Program-made: the position numbers and the translations under genes
The notes under the pieces: model-generated
What the model was told of the DNA's origin: nothing
Databases searched by the model: none
Seen by the model: only the letters and a program-made list of their open reading frames with translations
Origin: an uncultured bacterium
GTDB taxonomy: Bacteria; CAYJRR01
Direction: 5' to 3'
Length of the DNA: 41,211 nt
Assembly (NCBI GenBank): GCA_964372275.1
Contig: CAYJRR010000023.1
Coordinates: forward strand, 1 to 41,211
Part shown: positions 22,127-31,532 of the stretch, piece by piece
How positions within the stretch are numbered: position 1 is the stretch's first letter
How the letters are laid out: each line of letters starts with the position of its first letter

Positions 22127-23925
22127 CGGGGGTCGCGCTTCTGGTGGCGGCGCTTTCGGCGACGGCGTCGGTGGAGCCGCGGTCGGCGGAGGTCGGGGAG
22201 GAGGTGGTCGTCACCGTCACGGCGGTCGGGTCGGGGTTGAGTCGGGCTTCGATCGAGGCGCCGCCGGCGCCGGCGGGGGTCGAGATCGGGCCGGCGCAGG
22301 GGCCGTCGCTGCAGCGCCGGTTCGAATCGATCAACGGACGGCAGTCGCGCAGCGAGCAGTTGGTCTGGCAGTTCGAGACGCGCGCCACGCGCGCGGGTCG
22401 CTACGTCCTTCCGCCGTTCACCGTCGCCAACGGCTCGGAGACGGCCGCAACCTCTCCGGTCGTCTTCCATGCGGTGGGGGAGTTCGACCCGGACGACTAC
22501 GTCTTCGTGGAGACGCGGCTCGACGCGCGGCCGCGCTTCGCGGGGGAGCCGATCGCGGTCGAGCTGGTGGTGGGGATCGCCGATCCCTGGATCGACCGGT
22601 TGGTCGACGGCGAGACGTCGATCGACGCGCCGTGGATCGTCGACGGATTGGGCGCCTCGGCGCCGGCGGCGGCCGGGCCGCTCCCCAGGGCGGGGACGCC
22701 GGGGGCGATGGAGATCCGGCTGGCCTCGGGCGGGAAGCTGGCGATGACCCGCGCGACCGAAGATCGCGACGGCACCGAATTCCACGTCTTCCGTGCCCGC
22801 CAGCGGCTCGTTCCCGGCCGCTCCGGCCGGCTGACGATCCCCGCGGCGCGGCTGCGCGCGGTGATCGCCACGCAGGTGACCCGCGGCGGCTGGTTCGACG
22901 ACCGCCTCGTCGCGGCGCGGACCAGGCTCGCGCTCGTCGCGACCCAGCCGGTCGAGATCGACGTCCGTCCGCTTCCGGCGGATGGGGAGCCGGCCGACTT
23001 CACGGGGCTCGTCGGCCGGCTGGAGCTCGCGGCGTCGGCGGCGCCGGCGCGGCTGCGCGTCGGCGACAGTCTCAAGCTACGCGTGCGCCTCTCGGGCGAG
23101 GGGAACCTCTTCGGCACGCCGCTGCCCCGGTGGGACCTGCCGGGATTCAAGCGGTTCGGCGTCGTCGAGGAGGTCGACGGCGACGCCGAGCTCCCCGCAC
23201 GGACCCTCGTCTACGATCTCTCGCCGGCGTCGACCGAGGTGGGGGAGATCCCCGCTCTGCGATTGCCGGTGTTCGACACGACCGTCGCGGCCTATCGGGT
23301 GCTCACCACCGAGCCGATCCCGCTCGTCGTCGAACCGGCGGCGACGGCGTCGGACGGAGCGGCGGCGCCGGGCGGCACGGAGGCGGCGGGCGCAACGGCG
23401 GCGCCGGACGGCGGCGCGCGCGATCGCGCCAGCCGGGTGGCGACCTGGGCGGTCGAGGCCGGATCGCGGATTCCGCCGTCGGCGATCGCCGCGGCATTCG
23501 CGACGCCGCTGGCCCTGGCGCTCGGATGGCGCGCCGCGACCCGGCGCCGGTCGGCGGCACGGGCGCGCCCGCGCCGCGCCCGCCACGAGTTCGCGCGCGC
23601 GCTACGCCGCCTCGCCGCCGCCGACTCGCCGGCGTTCGCCTCGCTCGGGTCGGCCCTGACCACCTACCTCGCCGACCTCGCCGACGTTCCGCCCGCGACC
23701 TTCGTCGGCATCGACCTGGAGGCGGGGCTATCGCCGTGGATCGCCGACGCCGCCCTGCGCGCGCGCGTCGTCCGGCTGTTCGCCGCGGCGGAGGGGGCCG
23801 CGTTCGGCGGGACGCTCGTCGGATGGGACGATCTGCTGCGCCAGGCCGCCGAGCTGGCCCGCCCGGTGGAGCGCGCGATGCGCCGCGCGACGGTGGCTGC
23901 CGACCGTCAGCCGTTCCCGCCCTGA
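22123..23925 (+). CDS. batD: BatD-like protein
   Basis: GTGA overlap; signal; three Ig-like repeats (AEVGEEV, SINGRQS, FTGLVG, GEGNL, VFDT...YR), then TM and helical tail. Confidence 0.8.
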
Positions 23926-25775
23926 AGCTTCGATTTGATGTAGTCGACCGTCTCGCGGGTGACGCTGCGGTCGTGGTCGATCTTCCGCAACACCGTTTTC
24001 ATGTCGAGCGACCTCTCCTCGAACCCGAACTTCGCCTGGTAGGCGTCGTAGGAGTCGTCGGCGTCCCAGTTGTCGAGGACGCTCGCCCCCAACGCGTAGG
24101 CGGCGATCCGGTCGTCGAGCGAGGGGGTGCCTCCGTTCCCGTCGGCCAAGCCCTTCAAGGTGAATTCGCGCACCATCGCCGCCACCAGCGCGTCGTCGTT
24201 CAGGTGGCTGTAGGCGGGGTTGGTCTTCACGAAGTTCACCGCCTTCCCGCGCGGATCCTTCCCGCGCTCGAAGGTGAAGATCGGACCGTCCTTGTCGAAG
24301 CTCCCCCACCCCGCGGCGATGAACGTGTCGGCGACGTGCCCGGCGTAGCTCGAGTAGCCGATGATTCCGTTGGCCACCGGGACGGCGTAGCTCAGCCGGT
24401 CCCCGGAGAGATCGCAACCCGCCCTTCCCACGTTCCTCCGCGGGGAGAAGCCGCCGGCGTCGACGGAAGAGGGATCCCGCATCCGGACGTTTAGCACCGT
24501 GTCCCAGCGGTCCGGGATCCCGTCGGCGTCGGTGTCGCGGTACTCGAGATGCCGGCGGTCGTTGGGGAAGAGGTAGTTGTCGTCCTGGGACAGCCCCGCT
24601 TCCCATCCGTTGAGGCGGCGCGCGATCTGGTCCCACGTCTCGCGGTTCGCGTACCCCTTCATCATCGCCATCTGCGAGCGGCTCATGTCGACGAAGTACT
24701 CGGTCTCGATCGTCGCGATCAGGTGGGCCGACGGGAACAGCCGCGCGGTGCGCGAGGCAAACACCTTCGCCTTGCAGGAGCCGAGGTGGAAGACCTTCTT
24801 GAACCCGGCGTCCGCCGGCGCCTCCGCCATCGACTCGCGCAGCGCGCGACCGTACTGCGAGTGATAGGAGTAGGCGAGGAGCGGATAGTCCGCCTCGTCC
24901 ATGCGGTCGAAGGCGCGCAGATCGTCCCAGCTCCGGCTGGCGTCGTCGAGGACCTTGATCTTGAACGTGACCGGCTTGAGGCGGCCGGTCGGATCGTCGG
25001 GGGTGACCGTGTACGTCAGCTCCAGCCCGCGCCCGCGCCCGGTCTTCTTCAGCGTCGCGCCGTAATCGCGCGCGACGTCGTCCCAGTTTCCGTAGTCGAA
25101 GGTGTCGTCGCCGCCGTAGATGACGTAGTTCACTTCGGTCTTCTCGCCGTCGGCGCCGAAGATTTCGGCGTACGGCGGCGAGGAGGGGAAGTACTCCTCC
25201 AGGAGGCCGGCGGCCTTCCGTTTCTGGGCGGCGTTCATCCGCGCGGAGAGCCCGTCGACGTTGATCGCCAGTTGCCTCCGGAGGAGCGCGTCGTTCTCCT
25301 TCGACGCGGCCTCGAGGAGGCAGTCGACGAAAAACGTGGCGTCGGGATCGCGGGCGGCGAGCGCGGCCCGGGCCAACTCGGTCAGGAGCGCCACGGCGTT
25401 GGCGCGCGCCTGTCGCCCGGCGTCGTTCCGGAGGCGAGGGTCGGCCAGCGCCGTCAGCAGCTTCCCGGCCAGCTGCTTCCGCGCGCGAGGGCTCTTGCCG
25501 GCGATCTCGGCGCGCGCGCGTCCGACGTCGAGGCACTCCCCGAGCGTCCCGTATCGCGCGCCGTGCGGGGCGGAGCCGCCGGTGATCGCGGCGAGATCGC
25601 GGACGAAGGTGGAGAGGCTCCCGATCGGTTGGGCGCAGTCGCCGGGCGCCGCCTGCGCGGTCGTCGCGGAGACCAACGGGAGCGCGGCCGGGGGGACCGC
25701 CACCATCGCGAGGAGGACCCACCGGGCCGCGAGAGCGGCGCGGCCGGAGCGCATCGTCACGTCGCGGCGGGTCAC
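23907..25775 (-). CDS. Exported ~620-aa protein, paralog B; putative His-Cys (clan CD-like) peptidase
   Basis: GTG overlaps the upstream stop (GTGA; alternative ATG 25754); signal ending AQA; YSYHSQYG...VFHLGSC; DTDADGIPD; colinear with paralog A. Confidence 0.75.
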   Translation of the reverse strand: MTRRDVTMRSGRAALAARWVLLAMVAVPPAALPLVSATTAQAAPGDCAQPIGSLSTFVRDLAAITGGSAPHGARYGTLGECLDVGRARAEIAGKSPRARKQLAGKLLTALADPRLRNDAGRQARANAVALLTELARAALAARDPDATFFVDCLLEAASKENDALLRRQLAINVDGLSARMNAAQKRKAAGLLEEYFPSSPPYAEIFGADGEKTEVNYVIYGGDDTFDYGNWDDVARDYGATLKKTGRGRGLELTYTVTPDDPTGRLKPVTFKIKVLDDASRSWDDLRAFDRMDEADYPLLAYSYHSQYGRALRESMAEAPADAGFKKVFHLGSCKAKVFASRTARLFPSAHLIATIETEYFVDMSRSQMAMMKGYANRETWDQIARRLNGWEAGLSQDDNYLFPNDRRHLEYRDTDADGIPDRWDTVLNVRMRDPSSVDAGGFSPRRNVGRAGCDLSGDRLSYAVPVANGIIGYSSYAGHVADTFIAAGWGSFDKDGPIFTFERGKDPRGKAVNFVKTNPAYSHLNDDALVAAMVREFTLKGLADGNGGTPSLDDRIAAYALGASVLDNWDADDSYDAYQAKFGFEERSLDMKTVLRKIDHDRSVTRETVDYIKSKLQGGNG

Positions 25776-26329
25776 GGCGTCCCCCGCGCCGCCTCGCGCT
25801 GCTCGCGGAAGGTCCGCCACAGCTCGTTCTCGCGGTCGCGGGCGGCGAGCGCGGCGGCGTTGGCCGGCTCCTTCTCCAGGATCGACCGGACCCCGTTGCG
25901 CAACATCTCGAAGCGCTCCCGCAGGCGCTCGTCGCCGCGGGCGTCGCGCGGTCCGGCGAGGTCCTTCTCGATCGAGGCGGTCAGCTCCGCGATCTCGGCC
26001 AGGCGCCGCTCGATCGCCGCCCGCACCAGCGCCGGTTGCAGGCGATCGAGGAGCCGGTCTGCGCGACGCTGCAGCTCCGCCGCCTCCTTGTGCTTGGGCT
26101 GCTCCAGCTGCACGTTGTCGAGGAAGCGCTTTGACGCGAGGAGGTCGTCGGTGGAGGCGGCGGCGCGTCCGGCGTCCTTGGCGTCGTCGGCGACCGACCG
26201 TTCGATCCGCTCGATCCGGCGTTTCGCCTCGGCGAGATAGGTCTCGCCATCGCCGGTCAGGCCGCCGGAGAGCGCCAGAAGGGGAGCCGCGAGCGCGATC
26301 AGGATCGGCAGGGACGAAAGCGACGCCAT
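25772..26329 (-). CDS. Small exported helical protein (upstream partner of paralog B)
   Basis: GGAGG SD; hydrophobic N-terminus LPILIALAAPLLAL; charged amphipathic helices. Confidence 0.7.
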   Translation of the reverse strand: MASLSSLPILIALAAPLLALSGGLTGDGETYLAEAKRRIERIERSVADDAKDAGRAAASTDDLLASKRFLDNVQLEQPKHKEAAELQRRADRLLDRLQPALVRAAIERRLAEIAELTASIEKDLAGPRDARGDERLRERFEMLRNGVRSILEKEPANAAALAARDRENELWRTFREQREAARGTP

Positions 26330-26355
26330 GCGAGGACCTCCGTGGGGCGCGATCG

Positions 26356-26371
26356 AGCAAGGAGCATGCCC
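26356..26371 (-). promoter_or_regulatory. Candidate sigma54 promoter for paralog B operon
   Basis: Minus strand GGGCATGCTCCTTGCT (GG-N10-GC, TTGCT), upstream of the SD and ATG 26329. Confidence 0.65.
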
Positions 26372-26512
26372 CCGCGGGATCGCGCTCCGAGTGGGCGTGC
26401 CCGGTCGAAAGGCGTTCCACGGCGGCTGTTTGGAGGGCGGGGTCGCGTCGCGCGAAGGGGGCGCCCGGCCCCGACTTGACCCAGCGATGTCCCTCCCGCG
26501 ACGATCCCCGAG

Positions 26513-27013
26513 ATGTCCGCGCCTTTGCGCTCTCCCGGCGAGACCGCCGCGTCACGCCCGGCGCCGTGGGCCGGCGTCGCGGCGAGGACGCTGCTCGCCG
26601 GCGGCATCGCGCTGGCGCTGACCGGACCGCGGCGCGAGCCCCGGGACGATCCTCGAGGGATCGCCGTCACGGCCGACGCGAGGGGATCGTTCGAGACGCG
26701 CGCCGGCGGCGCGGTGCGAATTCGCGTCCGGAACGAGCGCGCCGGCGGCCGCTCGGTCCATGTGCAGGCGGTCGATCTGTCGTCGGCGTGGGTCGGGCGC
26801 GGTCGGGTTCTCGACCGGGAGCGGCGGCCGGCGCGCTACCTTCCGTTCGCGAAGGTCCACCGCGTCTCCGAGGACCGTTCGATCCGTCCCGGACAGGAGA
26901 CCGAGCTGACGTTGCGGGTGCAGCAGGCGACCCCCGGCGCCGGCGAGGGGTACGTCGAGGTGCTTCTCGATGGCCACCGTTCGGTGCGCGCGCCGATCCG
27001 GTTCGGCGGTTGA
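26513..27013 (+). CDS. Hypothetical membrane-anchored protein with Ig-like C-terminal domain
   Basis: TM TLLAGGIALALTG; IRVRN...SIRPGQETELTLRV; preceded by TTGACC-N18-GACGAT-N7-ATG. Confidence 0.55.
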   Translation: MSAPLRSPGETAASRPAPWAGVAARTLLAGGIALALTGPRREPRDDPRGIAVTADARGSFETRAGGAVRIRVRNERAGGRSVHVQAVDLSSAWVGRGRVLDRERRPARYLPFAKVHRVSEDRSIRPGQETELTLRVQQATPGAGEGYVEVLLDGHRSVRAPIRFGG

Positions 27014-27038
27014 CCTTCGGCATTCGTTTCGGTATCGT
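27010..27038 (+). promoter_or_regulatory. Sigma70 promoter of lexA
   Basis: TTGACC-N17-TATCGT, 9 nt before ATG 27048; no SD. Confidence 0.65.
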
Positions 27039-27047
27039 GTTCGTCGT

Positions 27048-27797
27048 ATGAAGCTCTCCCGCCGGCAGGAAGAGATCCTTCGATTCGTCGCCGACTACCG
27101 AAACGAGAACGGCTACAGCCCAAGCTTGCGGGAGATCGCGACGCGGTTCGGCCTGACCTCGGTGGCGACGGTCCACCAACACGTCGCGGCGCTGCAGAAG
27201 AAGGGCTACGTCAAGAAGGACTGGAACCGGGGCCGATCGCTCGAGCTGTCGGAGCCGGCGGTCCGCCGGCTGGCGAAGGCGGCCGCCGCCACCGGTTCCG
27301 CGACGCCGGCGGTGGGGGGCGGCGGGCCGTCACGACCCTCGAACGTCGTCCCGCTGCGCGCCGGTACGGCGCCCTGGATCAACCCGTCGGGCGGTTCGCC
27401 GGCGCGCGAGGAGGGGCGCGAGCTTCCGCTCCTCGGAACGATCGCGGCCGGATCGCCGATCGAGGCGATCACCGAGCAGGAGTCGGTCTTCGTGCCGGCC
27501 GACATGATCGGACGTCGCGAGACTTACGTGCTGCGCGTGCGCGGCAGCTCGATGATCGGAGACGGGATCCTGGACGGCGACCTGGTCGTCGTCGAACGGC
27601 GCGACCACGCCCGGAACGGCGAGACGGTGGTCGCCCTGATCAACAACCAGGAGGTCACGCTCAAGCGGTTTTACATCGAGGCGGGGGGCGTGCGCCTGCA
27701 GCCGGCGAACCCGGCGATGGAGCCGATCCTCCTCAAGAACGGCGATTTCGCGATCCAGGGCGTCATGATCGGCTTGCTCCGCAAGCTGCGGCACTGA
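27048..27797 (+). CDS. lexA: SOS repressor LexA
   Basis: wHTH GYSPSLREIA...SVATVHQH; Ala-Gly cleavage site IAAGSPI; catalytic Ser (GSSM) and Lys (VTLKR). Confidence 0.95.
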   Translation: MKLSRRQEEILRFVADYRNENGYSPSLREIATRFGLTSVATVHQHVAALQKKGYVKKDWNRGRSLELSEPAVRRLAKAAAATGSATPAVGGGGPSRPSNVVPLRAGTAPWINPSGGSPAREEGRELPLLGTIAAGSPIEAITEQESVFVPADMIGRRETYVLRVRGSSMIGDGILDGDLVVVERRDHARNGETVVALINNQEVTLKRFYIEAGGVRLQPANPAMEPILLKNGDFAIQGVMIGLLRKLRH

Positions 27798-27827
27798 CAC
27801 GAGGGGGCGACCCGGCGCTTTCGAACG

Positions 27828-28145
27828 ATGGCCGCTCTCCACCCCACCGAATTCAAGCGGCGCCTGGAGTCGGATCCGGCCACGCGTCTGTTCGATCTCC
27901 GGGATCCCGAGGAGTACGCCACCGGGACGCTTCCGGGCGCGGCAAGCGCCCCCTACTCCGAGGAGGCGATCCGCCGTATCGCCGACGAGGTCGACCGCTC
28001 CGGTCCGGTGGCGTTGGTCTGCGGGTGGGGACACAAGGCGCTCGTCGCGTCGATCGCCCTCCGCCGCGCCGGCATCCGCGAGGTCGTCACCCTCTCCGGC
28101 GGTCTCGAAGCCTGGGGCCTCGCCGGCCTCCCCGTCGTGCGCTGA
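27828..28145 (+). CDS. Single-domain rhodanese (sulfurtransferase)
   Basis: LFDLRDPEEYATGTLPGA, active-site LVCGWGHKA, LSGGLEAW. Confidence 0.85.
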   Translation: MAALHPTEFKRRLESDPATRLFDLRDPEEYATGTLPGAASAPYSEEAIRRIADEVDRSGPVALVCGWGHKALVASIALRRAGIREVVTLSGGLEAWGLAGLPVVR

Positions 28146-28245
28146 GAGGATGACCGGCTCGGACGTGCGGCCGGTGGCCAGCGGCCGCGCGCCACTCCGC
28201 GGTGGACAAGGCGCCGCTCGAACATCACCGGCTCTCCCCGGTCTG

Positions 28246-28290
28246 ATGTTGGGTTGACACAACATTTTTATGATGGCATAATTCCATCAT
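28246..28290 (+). promoter_or_regulatory. TA promoter with two inverted-repeat operators
   Basis: TTGACA(28254)-N17-CATAAT(28277)-N6-ATG; inverted repeats ATGTTG-N8-CAACAT and ATGATGG-N7-CCATCAT. Confidence 0.7.
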
Positions 28291-28537
28291 GCCGCATCGC
28301 CCCGTGCAGATCTCGATCGACGAAGGCCTTCTCCGGCGGGTCGACCGGGATCCAGAAGCGAGGACACACGGGCGCTCGGCGTTCATCCGCTCCGCGATCG
28401 AAGTCTATCTGCGCGCCAAGGAGCGACGCGGAATCGACAATGCAATTCGCAAGGCCTACCGCCGGAGGGCCGACGAGTTGCTGCAGGAGGTGGAAGACCT
28501 CCTCGGAGCGCAGACGTGGCCGGGGCACGGCGGATAG
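28289..28537 (+). CDS. Ribbon-helix-helix (CopG-like) antitoxin
   Basis: VQISIDEGLLRRVD...RSAFIRSAIEVYL; overlaps the downstream MazF gene. Confidence 0.85.
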   Translation: MPHRPVQISIDEGLLRRVDRDPEARTHGRSAFIRSAIEVYLRAKERRGIDNAIRKAYRRRADELLQEVEDLLGAQTWPGHGG

Positions 28538-28851
28538 CGCGCGGAGAGATCTGGTTGCTGGGTCTCAAGGCCCCGGATCATCGGCGTCCGGTGTTGATCT
28601 TGAGCCGCCCGTCCCTTCTTGGCGTGCTGCACACGGCGACGGTCGCGGCCGTCACGTCGACGCTTCGAGGGTCCCCGACCGAGGTGCCGCTCGGCGTCGA
28701 CGAGGGTCTGAAGCACCCCTCCTGCGTCAATCTGGTGAATCTGTTCACCGTCCGGCAGTCGGACCTTCGTCAGTACGTCGGATCGGTGAGTGTCGCGAAG
28801 ATGGCCGAGGTCTGCCGCGCGCTGAATCGTTCGACCGGCTGCGACGGATAG
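28516..28851 (+). CDS. mazF: PemK/MazF-family endoribonuclease toxin
   Basis: RGEIW, RRPVLILS, VAAVTST, GLKHPSCVNL...TV. Confidence 0.9.
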   Translation: MAGARRIARGEIWLLGLKAPDHRRPVLILSRPSLLGVLHTATVAAVTSTLRGSPTEVPLGVDEGLKHPSCVNLVNLFTVRQSDLRQYVGSVSVAKMAEVCRALNRSTGCDG

Positions 28852-28899
28852 CGAGGCGCGGCGCCGCGCACGGGAGAGGGGGCTGGAGCGTGGCGCGAC

Positions 28900-29558
28900 C
28901 GCTACGGTCACGTCCCTGCGACGCTTCGGAAGCGCTCGTGGATCTCGCTTCGCGGGATCCGGTCGGCTCGACTGGATCCTGCGGACCCGGAGCTCGGTCG
29001 GCGGCTCTTGCACGCCGCCGGATCCAGGCGTCGAAGAGAAGCCGGCGACGAATGCGGTCGCTCCCCCCACGACGCGAACCGTGTCGTTGGCGGTTGGCCA
29101 GAGCCGGGTGATCATCAATGCGGTTCCGAACGCGGCGGCGTACATCAGGGCGTACGGCAGGATGAAGAATTCGATGCTCTTCAGCTGTTCGGAAAACGGC
29201 TTCTTACGATTGGCAACGAGGACGCCGACGAACATGAGCGCGATCAGTCCCGCCAGTCCCGCCCCGAGTGAAACCATTTCACCGGCGGTTGGCCTGCGCC
29301 AGGCGACCATCGCGCCAGTTCCGAATACCGCGGCTTACATCAGGTCGACGAAGGCGACGCTCCTCACCTGTTCGGAGGCCGGTTTCGTACGATTGACGAT
29401 CCACGTGGCCGGGACCGCCGGCAGAAAGAGGAGGCCGAAGACGACGAGCGGGTAGGAGGACTCCGGGACTACGTTGCCCGCCGCCAGCGCACAGGTCACG
29501 ACAATCGCGAGGACTCCGACGATGAAGACCAGCATCCGATCCAGTCGTCGTTCCTCAC
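28900..29558 (-). pseudogene. Decayed multi-TM membrane protein with internal duplication (3' end approximate)
   Basis: In-frame TAA at 29335-29337 aligns with Tyr (TAC) of the internal repeat; probable 1-nt frameshifts near 29537 and 29037. Confidence 0.6.
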
Positions 29559-29582
29559 GCGGTGAACGTTACCACAGCGCCG

Positions 29583-30086
29583 TCAAAACCCCGGGCCGGG
29601 GCCGGGGCCCTGCGGGCCGACGGGGGGCGGCGTCGGCTTGAACTCGGGCGGCTTCTCGGTGGAGAAGATGATCGGCCAGACCTTTGCGCCGGGGAGCATC
29701 AGGCGCATTTCGAACGCCCCCTTCGCGGCGTCGGTGGTGTCGAAGGCGAAGGTCACCTCCTTCGACTCGGCCGGCGCCAGGACGTCTTTCGGCTTCCCGA
29801 GCGCCGGCAAGTTCCGCTCGTCCGCGTCGAGCAGCGCCACCTGCGCCTCGCCCAGGTCGAGCGGCCCCGCGCGCCGGTTCTCGACGGTCAGCCGCACCTC
29901 GGTGCGACCCTTCGATACCTCCAGCACCTTCGCCACCTGGATCGAGAGCGAGGGGTCGTCGCTGTAGTTCTCTTCGGGCGAGAGCAGCGCGTACTTCTTG
30001 GGACCGCACGCCACCGCGAGCAGCAGGAACCCGAAGGCGGCCAGCCGTCGGCGGCCCGGGACGGGCGCGGCTTGGGCCGTTCTCAT
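29583..30086 (-). CDS. Lipoprotein with Ig-like domain, last gene of mla operon
   Basis: ATGA overlap with mlaD; lipobox AVAC; VRLTVENRR...LAPAESKEVTFAF; Pro-rich tail. Confidence 0.75.
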   Translation of the reverse strand: MRTAQAAPVPGRRRLAAFGFLLLAVACGPKKYALLSPEENYSDDPSLSIQVAKVLEVSKGRTEVRLTVENRRAGPLDLGEAQVALLDADERNLPALGKPKDVLAPAESKEVTFAFDTTDAAKGAFEMRLMLPGAKVWPIIFSTEKPPEFKPTPPPVGPQGPGPGPGF

Positions 30087-31528
30087 GGCGTGGGCACCGA
30101 GCCGAGGATGAACTTCAGGTCGTCGTCGTTGAACTCGAAGCCGGCGCCGACGAAGTAGGTGCGGCGGTCGTAGTTGGAGATGGCGTCGTCGACCCCCCCC
30201 ACCACGAACATGTGCTTGTAGAAGTCGTAGCGGGCGGTGGCCTTCAGCCGGGGATTTTCGCGGGGGAGGACCGTGCCATCGTCGTCCTCGCGCTCCTCCT
30301 CGCGGGTGAACTGGAAGGCGTCGAGGCTCAGGCGCAGGCGGTCGCGCAGCATCCAGAAGTCGGCGCCGACCCCGCCGCTCGACTCCTTGAGGCCGATGCG
30401 CGCGCCGGCGTTGCGCCACCGCTTGGCGAACTGGGCGGTGACCAGGAAGCTGTCCCGCACCTCGTTCTCCTCGACGGTGCGGGTGGTCACCGTGCCGTCG
30501 TCGGCGGTTTCGGTGAAGGTGGTGGTCTTGGTCGAGACCAGGCCGCCGGGATCGTCGGCGACGCCGAAGATGTAGCCGTAGTCCTCGTGCGGCTGGATGC
30601 GGAGGAGGAAGCTGTTCTTGAACTCCGACCGGTCGACCTGGAACTCCCCCTGGTAGTTCACGAAGACGTGCAGGCGATTGACGCGGTCGATGATGTCGTT
30701 CACGCCGGCGACGGTGTCGTTCAGGTTCTCCACCAGGTCGTCGTCGTTGACCAGCTTGCCGATCGTCCCCTCGCCCCGGTCGATCTTCTCCGTCACCGAT
30801 TGGATCGACGCCAGCGAGGAGTCGAGCTTCAGCGCCGCCTTCTTCACCTCGGCGAACGTCTCGTCCAGGTCCTCGCCCGAGCCGTCGATCACCTGGTTGA
30901 GCCGCTCGCTCATCAGGCGCAGGTTGTCGACGATCTCGCGCAGCGCCTCGCGGTTGTCGGACGAGATCTGCGCCAGGTTGGTGGAGAAGTCGGCCAGGTC
31001 GTCGACCATCGTCTGCAGCCGCTCCTGCCCCTCCGCCGTCCCGAGCGTCTCGCGTAGGCTGCCGGTGATCGCCTGCACGTCCTGCGCGATGGCGTCCATC
31101 CGCTTCACGATCTGGTCGAAGTCGGCCTCCGGGGTGCCGGTGCGGATCTCCTCGTTGGCGCGCAACGACGGACCCTCCTCCGCCTCCCCCGGGAGGATGG
31201 AGATCACCTTGTCGCCGAGGACCCCCTTCCCCTTGACGATCACCTTGCTGTCGAGCGGCAGCAACACGTCGGGCCGGATGCGCATCTTCACGCGCGCCTT
31301 GTTCCCGACGCGGGTGATCTCCTCCACCTCCCCCACCGGGACGCCGGCGATCTCCACCGTGGTCGCCTTGGTCAGCCCGGCGGCGGAGTCGAAGGTGGCG
31401 TAGAGGGGGATCCCGCGGCGGCTGCCGCCGGAGGGGGTGTCGGCGACGCGCCGCGAGGCGACCACCAGCGCGGTGATCACCACGATCGCCAGCAGGCCCA
31501 CCTTCGCTTCGGTCGTCAGCTCCCGCAC
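30083..31528 (-). CDS. mlaD: MlaD/MCE-family protein with long helical region and beta-rich C-terminus
   Basis: EAKVGL TM, FDSAAGL...VEIAGVPVGEV, GVLGDKVISILPG, GEGTIGKLVND. Confidence 0.88.
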   Translation of the reverse strand: MRELTTEAKVGLLAIVVITALVVASRRVADTPSGGSRRGIPLYATFDSAAGLTKATTVEIAGVPVGEVEEITRVGNKARVKMRIRPDVLLPLDSKVIVKGKGVLGDKVISILPGEAEEGPSLRANEEIRTGTPEADFDQIVKRMDAIAQDVQAITGSLRETLGTAEGQERLQTMVDDLADFSTNLAQISSDNREALREIVDNLRLMSERLNQVIDGSGEDLDETFAEVKKAALKLDSSLASIQSVTEKIDRGEGTIGKLVNDDDLVENLNDTVAGVNDIIDRVNRLHVFVNYQGEFQVDRSEFKNSFLLRIQPHEDYGYIFGVADDPGGLVSTKTTTFTETADDGTVTTRTVEENEVRDSFLVTAQFAKRWRNAGARIGLKESSGGVGADFWMLRDRLRLSLDAFQFTREEEREDDDGTVLPRENPRLKATARYDFYKHMFVVGGVDDAISNYDRRTYFVGAGFEFNDDDLKFILGSVPTP

Positions 31529-31532
31529 ACGC

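Noticed and set aside
25776-26555. N-terminal extension of the 882-aa ORF
   Set aside because: It overlaps the SD-led gene 25772..26329 and its promoter; similarity to paralog A starts only after about 25775.
28136-28245. GCTGAGAG resembling a TPP riboswitch core
   Set aside because: The TGA is the rhodanese stop codon; other TPP elements are missing and the downstream genes are a TA pair.
28146-29582. TA and pseudogene region as a mobile element
   Set aside because: No integrase, transposase, tRNA or flanking direct repeats were seen.
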